This document shows, piece after piece, positions 54,625-64,000 of a stretch of 64,000 nucleotides of DNA (within the stretch, counting starts at the first letter, position 1; each line of letters begins with the position of its first letter). The translations under genes were made by a program, and so were the position numbers. The DNA lies in assembly GCA_964016885.1 (NCBI GenBank), contig OZ024741.1, positions 388,058,001-388,122,000 of the forward strand. The letters are read 5' to 3'. Source of the DNA: Eledone cirrhosa (taxonomy: Eukaryota). A model generated the notes under the pieces. That model ran no database searches. It saw only the letters and a list, made by a program, of their open reading frames with translations, and had not been told where the DNA came from.

Positions 54625-56130
54625 ACTGAAATTAGAACAACCATAAGAGGGTATATTAGGTCCCCTTTTATGTAGGTTTCATCTAATTTATTATTAGTAG
54701 CCCTGTTCAACACTTGATGAAAGTCTTCTCCATACACAATTATTGATGCTGGCTGAGCCATTTCATATAATCTACAAACTAGTTTCAAAATGTTCTATTT
54801 CCCATAAAAATACTATTACAATCTACTCTCTTAGATTTTACAAAAGAAAGTTTTAAAAAATCTACAAAATTAATAATATAAGTAACCAAATAAAAAAAAA
54901 TAAGAGATCTATACACTGAATAAATTGAAAAATAAAACAAACAAAACCCACTGAAGAAATACATGTGAAACAGAGCAGTTATAGTAGTTCTGGGAAATTA
55001 TACTAGCACCAAACATCAAGTATCTACAAAGTAAATATAACTTGTAAACTGCCAACTTAATATAGCTACTACCTATCTGTGCAGACAGCTCTGTCTAGGT
55101 TGATATTAATTACAAGTTCCCAAATTGCAACTCAACATGCTATCAATTTGGAAGAAATTCACATTCAATGATGATACACTAATCTGTTAGACTTCACAGT
55201 TTAATTATAAATTGAAGCAAGTTAAAAAGTAATCATGCTCTTCAAACAACTGTATATATAAAAAAAATAATGATAGTTTAACTATTGGCTATGTGATAAA
55301 TAATTAATTTAATGAGGTATCTAACATTTAGGAAGGACTCCCTCCACCTCCTATAAATTCTATTTATAAATCAACAGCTAAGATTTTCATGTACATAATG
55401 AGAAAAAACCCAATGATAGGACACAAGCCATATATCTATTGACATTGCAAGTGAGACACATGGTTAAGGGGCTTATCTGTGGGCATATCCCTCTACCAAA
55501 GATTTACAAATTATTTGTCAAATTCAAGGAACAATATCTATAAGAAACTGTATCATTAAGAAAGATTAGGGGATAAGTTAGATTTATTTAAAAGTAATAA
55601 ACAAGATTGCATAGAGGAGGAGAAATCCACAAAAGTGGTTACTGCTTCTATTTTATTTTAGATAGAAAACCAACATATTTAGTCTCTATCTCTCACACAC
55701 ATAGACACATGTGAATTGATTCGTAGACACACACACACAAAAAATCATTGTGCAATGTTAGGTTTCATGGTATGACAATCTTACATAAGTGCAATTGATG
55801 TTTGTCAGTTACATCTGTGTGTATATAAATGATAGTTTCCAAAAATAGAGGGTGCACAAGACAAAGTTGATGGAAAAGAGAGAGCTACACAAGATATATA
55901 CTAGAAATAAACAATTACTCAAAATGTTTAAAAATATATTTCTAAATATAAATGATTACAAATTAACAAAAACATTGAAAACTCTTGTCAATATACTTTG
56001 AGGTAAAAATATGATTTTCTTAACACACTGCTTTCTTAATCATTAATGCAGTCCTTTAATTTATGCTACATATTCAAATACAATAACCAGTCTTATTCTT
56101 ACTACACATTCACATAATTACAACTTTTAA

Positions 56131-56366
56131 CCCTTTTGATATCAAACTACCTCTTGGTTCTATGATAGAAAGCCCTTTATTTAAAAAAGTATTCAGATTT
56201 ATCTAAAAAACATTCCCTCAAATTTGTATGTAAGAACTTTTGTAATGTTCTGAACACCAGCTTAATAATAAAGTTATTATTAAATCTCTCCAAATGCTTC
56301 ATTATTTTCCAAATTATTTGAAAATCATAGGCAGATTTTTTCATTAGGACTATAGTAGTGAAAGGG
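56131..56366. mobile_element. Decayed TTAA-flanked MITE; related copy at 58468-58705
   Basis: TTAA-CCCTTT...AAAGGG-(C)TAA; internal similarity between the two copies. Confidence 0.55.
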
Positions 56367-56599
56367 CTAACAAATATCTCATTATTTTTCTAAACTACTC
56401 ACTACAAAATGAAAGCACAAAGGTTGATGATTCATACTTTTATCAGGAAAGTAACCCAAGCATGAAATTTAATCAGATAGTTGCTGATTGACAATGATAT
56501 ACACAGAAATAAAAATGAATTAAGTCTATACTTAAATTGTAAAATTATTGCCAGTTATTACTAAATATAAATTAGTGGTGATATACTAAGTAATATCAT

Positions 56600-57060
56600 G
56601 CCCAACATTTTTACATCAATTTTGCCATGCTTGAGTTGGACAAGTCATCAGCAGCACAGTTTCCCACCACTTGTTGTATTCCTTTGTGAGGCTCACCATC
56701 CCAAAATCTTCTTTCACCATTCCCGCACAAGTCTTCCTCTTCTGTGACTTCCTGGAACTCTTCATTTCTTCACTCAATGATCACCATCCAATCACACCAG
56801 TGCACTCTTCCATTTTGCATACTGCATCTGCTTCTCCTGAAACCCAGTTTTACCCCCCTCAGTTCACCTGTGCCCTGTCTTTCATGAACACTGACATTAT
56901 ACATCAAATAGATCATGCTAACTCCATTTCTTTCCAGCCTACATTCTCTACATTCATTACCATGCAACAATTTACTTTGTACACAGGCATAATATAATCT
57001 ACCCTTTGTTCAGAGAGAGAATCCCATTGTTAACAACAAAGGTAGAAGCTCCATGAATTT
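56600..57060 (-). mobile_element. Ancient RTE 3' remnant
   Basis: MLHGNE...RLERNGVSM...HERQGTGELR resembles the RTE C-terminus. Confidence 0.7.
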
Positions 57061-57739
57061 AAATTTGTCTAACAATTGCTAATACTGGTTTTTTTTTTCT
57101 TCCTCCAATAAAAAAAAAAAAAAAGCAAACTTCAATTCATGGAGGACTGTTTGCCTGTGTCAATCAGTTTGTCACAAACTAATTTATTTATATGAAGCAA
57201 CAAGTGGCAATAATTGTATTTGTTAAGTGTATGACTCAATACTTGTGATATTTCCTTTCATTTATATATATACATACACACACACACTGATATAGAAACC
57301 TAAAGGTTCAAATTGTTTTATGAGAAAACAATTGCGAAAGGAGATAAGTATATTGAAGAAACATTTCACTGGTTTTTAAAATTTTAGTCAAAGTGCATAT
57401 CAAAGTAAATAAAGTTTGCATTGAAAGACAGATTGTACAAAATGATGAAAACAAATCCTTTTGCCATTGAGAAGAAAAGGACAGAAATCTCTTGTCAAAT
57501 CATTTTAAAAAGCAAGAGATATCTGGTGTAATAATTCAACAAAATGTGCAAGAACTTGTGTGTTAGAGAAACTAACAAAAAAAAACCCCAAAAAACAGGA
57601 CTAGATCTTTAAAAGTAAAGTTTGCAATTTCCAGAAACTTTTCTATTTTAATTTAACTAGATAGACACTCATAATTTTCCTAACAACTCAGTTATACTTG
57701 GAGTTCTTGATTCAAATAATATTCTAAGATTAAAAAAAA

Positions 57740-58005
57740 ATCATTCGTAGTTTCAGTTATTAGAATGTGGCCATGCTGCGGCACCACCTTGAAGGGATTT
57801 AGTTGACCATATAGACACTAGTATGTATTTTTTGAAGTTTGGTGCTTATTCCAATCTCTTTTTGCAGAACCACTAAGTTAAAGGACATGAAAAATGGCAT
57901 ATTTGAGAGGCTTCTGATCAATTTCACTCACAAGGCATGTCAAACTGAGGCTACAGTGTGTGCCATGCAAAGCTAATGCCTAACCAAACGGCCATGCCTG
58001 TGTCT
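57740..58005 (-). mobile_element. Old SINE with CR1/L2-like tail
   Basis: GGCCATGCTGCGGCACCACCTT resembles the 3' end of the LINE at 38680-38720. Confidence 0.5.
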
Positions 58006-58894
58006 TATTAAGATTTTAAAATTCCTTCATGCTTAAAAAAAATAAACATAAAATCTTTAGATAAGGGTATTTGCAGATGTTCTTGAAACAAAAATCTGAT
58101 TAGATGTAGCACTTAGCATTATTTATTAATCCATCAGACAGGTTGCAAATTCATTTTCCAGTAATATCATCAAGAAAATATTCCAACTCCTTAACCATAG
58201 TCAACATATGAATGAAAATAATATATCAACTCTGAATTTGAAATATATCATCTAAATTGGAAAAATTCGGAAATTTAGGATAAAACCTTTTTAACCAATT
58301 TGATTTTTTCTATTTTTCTAGAGCTGATTGTTGTTTAGACTCAGTTTGCTGACATCAAGTAAGCTATTGTAAGAGAGAAGTCATGAATTTGACTAGTGTT
58401 TTTATCAACTACATTATATGAAGGAGTGAAAAATTTACAGTAGGAATTGATATAAGTTCTTGGTTAATCCTTTTGATACCAAAACCACCTGAAACTGACC
58501 CTGGTTCTACAATAGAAAATTGTTTTATTTATATAAAAATCTTCCATCATAATCTTGTTAGAACCTTTATTAATTATATCCCAAACACCTGTTTAATAAT
58601 GAGAAAGTTAGTTATATTACTAAATCTTTCAAATTTTTGATTATTTTCAAAATTATTTGAAAAACATAAGCAATGTCTTCCATTAGAAATCTGATAATGA
58701 AAGAGTTAATACTAAAACTAAGGAAGATTTTGAAATGCTTTAAGATTTAATAAACATAGCACAAAAAAATGTAAGAGATATTTTCTTTTAACTGTTAAGA
58801 TGATGATCGTGAGCTTGATTCCTATAGAAACATAAATATAAAACTGTTTTTGATAAAATGTGTAGAAAAACCAACCCTTACACTAAGTACTTAC

Positions 58895-58994
58895 TTAGTA
58901 GACTGCAATTGCATTTCTAACTGCTGTAATTGGGAGGATACACTTTGGGCAGCAGCAGCCCGACTTCGAACACTGGACAGCTGAGATAATAACT
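58895..58994 (-). CDS. KCMF1: KCMF1-like internal exon (100 bp, phase 1-2); upstream ZZ/C2H2 exons not seen in window
   Basis: ttacag|AG...AA|gtaagt; ELLSQLSSVRSR...SSQLQQLEMQLQ (KCMF1 has ELLSQLSGVRR...SQLQQLQMQLQ). Confidence 0.88.
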
Positions 58995-61900
58995 CTGTAA
59001 CAAAAAAGAAACAAAGAGGGGGTAAGAATCAGAAAAGAAAACAAAGGCATAAAAATATAAAACAGAAGAAAGCGATAATCTCTATTTCTAATTACTGGCT
59101 AACTGAAATATGTGAGAAAAACTTTGTCAAAGTGTGATAAATTAGGTAAATTCAAGTGATATTTAACCCGATTAATGAAGACATTTAAACATAATCAGGT
59201 AAGATTGCAACCTTTATTTCAACTGTTTAGAATATCTAAAATATTCAAATTAATTTGGTTATTATATACTGGACTAATACAACAAAAAAAAATCAATAAA
59301 CACTAAAAAAATATTGGAATCCCAATGATAGATAAAGCTTACACCAAAAACTTGTATAATATAGCCGATGTAAAATAGAAAAATAAAGATTAGGTACAGT
59401 CTTCCTTCAAGCAACTCATCTGAGTGACATCCAAATGCTAAGTGATGCATGTTTTACTTATTTTTGGTACACCAAAGAAGTTTAAAAAAAAAAAATGAAA
59501 TTTAAAACATTAAGTATATTTATATTTTAAAATGCTTCAATTGATATTTTTTATAACCTGTGGGATAAAATAAAAAAAAAAAATGAAATCAGCAATATAA
59601 TGTCTTGTGCAGCAGAAATCAAATAGAGGAAATTTATTGGTTTGTTATATTCTAAAATATGAAAGACAAAAGTAATAAAGCTGAATTTTTTTTGTTTAAA
59701 TGCTAAATATTTAAGATCATAAATGTACTAACTAAAAAGTAAATTTACAATAACAAAATGATTTTATTGATTATAAATGCTTACTTCTAAGCACAACTTC
59801 TTATGCTAATTGTAAAGAATTGAAAACACGTTTATTGATAGCAGTATCTTGAAATTAAATATTTAAAAAATTACTCTAAATCAAGCAGTCATCCTCATAA
59901 ATCTGTAAATTTTTGCACCAAAGTTAGATAATGTACAAATTATTTACTTAGTATTCATTTGTGATTAGTTTGAATCCAATATATATGTGTGCATATATAT
60001 TGGAGTAAAGCAGCACTGTTTTAATTAAAAAAAAAAAAAAAAAAATCAAATAAAATAAAAAATTCTTACAGAGCAGTTATAATATCAAAAGAGAAAAAAT
60101 TTGATTTGCATTGTTTATGGATTCAAGTTTGAAAATCAATTTCAATGTTACATGTATGCATTAAAATTTTTTCAGAAAACAATCTTGAAACAGGCAGACT
60201 AAGTTTCCTCAACAAAAATTTGACAAAAACCTGAAGGATAGATCGCAACCCAAATTATTTGCATTGTGGAATTAAATAATAATTCAGTATATGGTAGCAC
60301 ACCTAACCCTAACAATGATACTTACATCTTTACACTGACACAGTAATGTAACCATATTAAGCTACATTAATTCAGATAAAAGGAATAGAAAGAGATAGCA
60401 AAAAACACCAAAAAGTCCATTTTAACCAGAGAAGAATTAATATTTGAACTACAAGAGCAACAGCTACTTTTGACTGAGAAGGAAAAAAGGATTAAAAGAA
60501 ACAATAAGAAATGAATGTTTAATAATAGGCATAGAATGATAGATAAATAAGTAAAAGAGATGATATAGCAACCACAAGTATCTGACTTTATTTCCAAACA
60601 TTTAAGAGAGTTCTACACTGAGAAGGTCAAGTACTGTGTGCTAACGAAGGAAGGAAATTTAAGAAAATTTACCTGGAGAATATTCAAGGAAGACGTCCCA
60701 GAGGTCAGCTGCACACGAGATGGGAAGTTGTGGTCGATTACGATCTATGGAAGGCAGGCACACACCCAATGAAGAAAAACGAAATAGCGCATGATAGAAT
60801 ATCATTTGAGGTAGCCCGTTCCGATAATAAAGTTATTTTGTCAAATTAACTTCCAATAGTTGATTTTAGTGGGTATAGAGATCAGCTAATTATTTAGAAA
60901 ACTGGTTTTCAAAAGAAATGAATTTATACCAAAATTTACAAAGCAATTTTTTAAAATCTTGCTTATGCCATAACAGTAATATTGTTTGATATCCTTTAAC
61001 AAACTTATTGCCACGTTACAATACTTTCAAATAATCATTAACTTAAGACCAGTTTTCTATATAAAAAAAAAAAATAAAAAAAATAAAAATAAAAATAAAA
61101 ATAAAAATGGAGGAGTAAATTTTAAAATATATTTTTAAAAGATTAATAATTATAAATAAATAAAATATAAAATGCAAATGAATTTTGTTTAAAATTTAAA
61201 ACTAAAATTCATATTTATCTCCACGCACTGATTGGCATGGATAACCAACTATCAATGTGCATTTTACTTTTAAAGTCAGGAGAAAAACAGTTTTATACGA
61301 ATGAAAGAAATTTATAAACATAAAAGAATTAAATTTCAGTATCTAAATCTCAGAATAGTTTAACTGTTATATTAAAACCACACATACCATCTTCATTATC
61401 CTGGTTAAGGGCATAGTTAAAGCTAGTGAGCTGATCAAAGTTAAATCAGTTCTCATTCAGACCCACTAGTTGGCAGACTAACTTTACACAAATTCAGTTG
61501 AAAGAAAGAAAAAAAAGGTTTAAACCAAAAACCTTACTGCTGCCAGTTCAATGCTTCATGACTTAATACACAAGATCTTCATACATACAAATACCTATTT
61601 TAATCTGAGTACATGCTCAATATATCTACGCAAGCTAATATAGGAAAATTCCTATTAAAGAATACTGATGTTAAAACCTAGAAGAAATGGATGTTAGAGA
61701 GCAAATCTAGAACTTGATAATTCTTTTAGAAATAAATATGGAAGTATATGTAACTAAAAAATTAGCATTACAAGATTGAAGAATATTTTAGATAAATACA
61801 AACTGACAATTATATTACTAAATTTTTGATGACTAATTTATGTTTAGGCATTGATTCTATAGTTTCTTTCTCCCAACCCTCTCTCCTCACTAATAATCAT

Positions 61901-62206
61901 GTCTTAAGAACTCCCATGTCAAGTAACCTCTAGTTTATTTTCACTATCTTCTCACAATCAGTCACACATTAACTTTTATTCTTCTTTTCTTATCACAAGC
62001 TTATTGAGGTTTCCTCTCATACAGAAAGAATATTTGATATAATCTAATTTACCTCCTCTCCATTGGCATATTGTGCTATAAGGATATAATTGTTTAGATA
62101 GAGAATTCAAGTGAAGTGTCATTCAAATGAATAGATTAAAAAGAAAAACTAATGTATAATAACTCCCAAATCCAAGCTTTCATTTCTGCCAACAGTTACA
62201 GCAGCA

Positions 62207-62237
<31 letters not shown>

Positions 62238-62243
<6 letters not shown>

Positions 62244-63100
62244 AATGAATAATAACAGGTAGACATCATAAAAAGGTAATTTATTCTGTGTGCTTACAAA
62301 TGTTTCCACGGTGGTTGTACAGCCTAGTTATGCTATGTGCAAATTTATAACTATTTGCAAAACTCAATTATCAAATGCTGTGACCACTGTATCATCAGAG
62401 CAGAATGGTTAAAATGTAAAATGTAAATACCCTTAAGTAAGGTTATTGGGGAAGATAGAGTAGAAAAGGAAGAGAGAAAAGAAGAGGAGAGGGAGAGAGA
62501 GAGAGATATGCAGGGGTTGGAGAAATGGGAGAGAGTGGTTTGTAGATATCTTAATCAAAATGTTGTGGTAGCGGTTTTATTATACTGGTTACTCTTAAAG
62601 CGACCACCTTAAGCGATGCGTTGATAGTCAAGGTTGGAATTATTTATTTCCACAGAGGGCAGGTTCATAGATGTGAAGAGGGAGGGAGGTGGACCTAGGG
62701 CGAGAGAGAGAGGGGGGAATGAAGAGAGAGGGGACAGACGGAAGCTATGGGATAGGTGTACATTGAGTTCATAGTAGTAGGCTACAAATTGCACTATTTT
62801 ACATTTTAACCATTCTGTTCTGATGATACAGTGGTCACAGCATTTGATAATTGAGTTTTGCAAATAGTTATAAATTTGCACATAGCATAACTAGGCTGTA
62901 TAACCACCGTGGAAACATTTGTAAGCACACAGAATAAATTACCTTTTTATGATGACCACCTGTTATTATTCATTCTTTATCTACACTCCGGAATACAGAA
63001 GGATCAGGAACTGAGTTTCTTCAACTATTCTTCCATAACTCGTTGAGTAACCTCTCACCGTACGTCAACTCTATCCAGTGTAGTAATTAATCCTATACCT
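62238..63100. mobile_element. Fold-back Penelope-like module with ~185-bp inverted arms, each carrying a hammerhead-like motif
   Basis: 62238-62422 is the reverse complement of 62796-62980; starts at a (TA)n tract; plus-arm CTGATGA 62820-62826, GAAAC-ATTT-GTA 62912-62923; right boundary approximate. Confidence 0.65.
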
Positions 63101-64000
63101 AATATATATATTGGCATAAATCCTAATAGCTCAGCATATAATCAAACACAAGCATTATGAAAATAGGAAGTAGCAAGTCAATGCGATCTAGTTAGAAGCA
63201 TTATGAAAATAGAAGCTGGAACTTAACATATAAAAGCAACCTAAAGTGGATCCATGGCTTGGTTGTTACATCAGGTGAATTATAATACATAGTGGCATTA
63301 AAATAAGATGAAAACACACAATCACTTTCTATGGCTATGTAAATAACATACCCACTCACCCTTGAAACTGAATGAAAATGTTCATAAAATCTATACAATT
63401 TTGCTAAGTCTACTGTCAGTCATTCTTGAGAAATCTTTTCAAAAACTATTAAGTTAGTTTTCCACTAATTAAACTCTTAAAGAAAGAAGGAAAAAAAAGA
63501 CACCAAGAATTAATGTAAATTGAATATGAAAGAGATAGAAGCTATCTTTAATCTAAGAGTCTAGATGAACTAAATAGATAGTAAGATATAAATAAGACTA
63601 CGCAATAAGAACTGAATGAATAAGCCTTGAAGATTAATGATTCATTGGTAACCAAAGCTGCAGCAGATCAAGAATCTCAGAGAAAAAGTAATTAAAATTA
63701 AAAGTGACCTTGGATAAGATAGAAGAAATTGTATTCAGAAAAGCACAAAAAGCATTTTTTTTTCCATTCATATTTGCAAATTTCTTTTTTCCCATAAGAT
63801 GAGTTAGAGCAATGATTCTCAAACTGTGCAGCACAAAAGAGCAAAATTCTATTTCAAAATATGAAAAATACAAATTGAAGTTTCTGATAAAGTTCATATA
63901 TAATTGTCAAAGTGGGGGAAACAACTAAAGTAAGAATGAACACATTGAAGAAACACACCAACTGCATGTTTCTTATTGATAACTTTGCACAATTTATTGA

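Noticed and set aside
60600-60800. Possible exon in a GC-richer patch
   Set aside because: Reads as a decayed RTE-like C-terminus (GRRPRG...TRW) on the plus strand
59000-64000. Further upstream KCMF1 exons
   Set aside because: No segment encoding the expected DPIA/zinc-finger sequence with matching splice phase was found

Overview
Eukaryotic, AT-rich animal genomic DNA. An octopus-like cephalopod is inferred from the repeat content, not proven. The window has two zones. (1) About 1-43.6 kb is a dense transposon nest built on a degenerate (TA)n/(TATG)n microsatellite scaffold. It holds about 11 young copies of two related RTE-clade LINE families with (GAT)n tails. One copy is full length with an intact APE+RT ORF (32353-35523, minus), a C4HC3 PHD-type finger inserted inside its RT domain, and a 5' array of ~670-bp monomers. 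The nest also has a 6006-bp tandem duplication whose breakpoint lies inside a chimeric LINE, three tRNA-derived SINEs sharing the RTE 3' tail, CR1/L2-like and mariner remnants, and several short Penelope/retrozyme-like modules carrying minimal hammerhead ribozyme motifs with direct or inverted terminal repeats. (2) About 44-64 kb holds the last three coding exons of a KCMF1-like E3 ligase gene on the minus strand, plus old SINE/MITE/RTE relics and one more hammerhead fold-back module. The Ile/Tyr-repeat ORFs in the ORF track are microsatellite artefacts. All calls come from reading the sequence by eye; no database search or folding computation was run.
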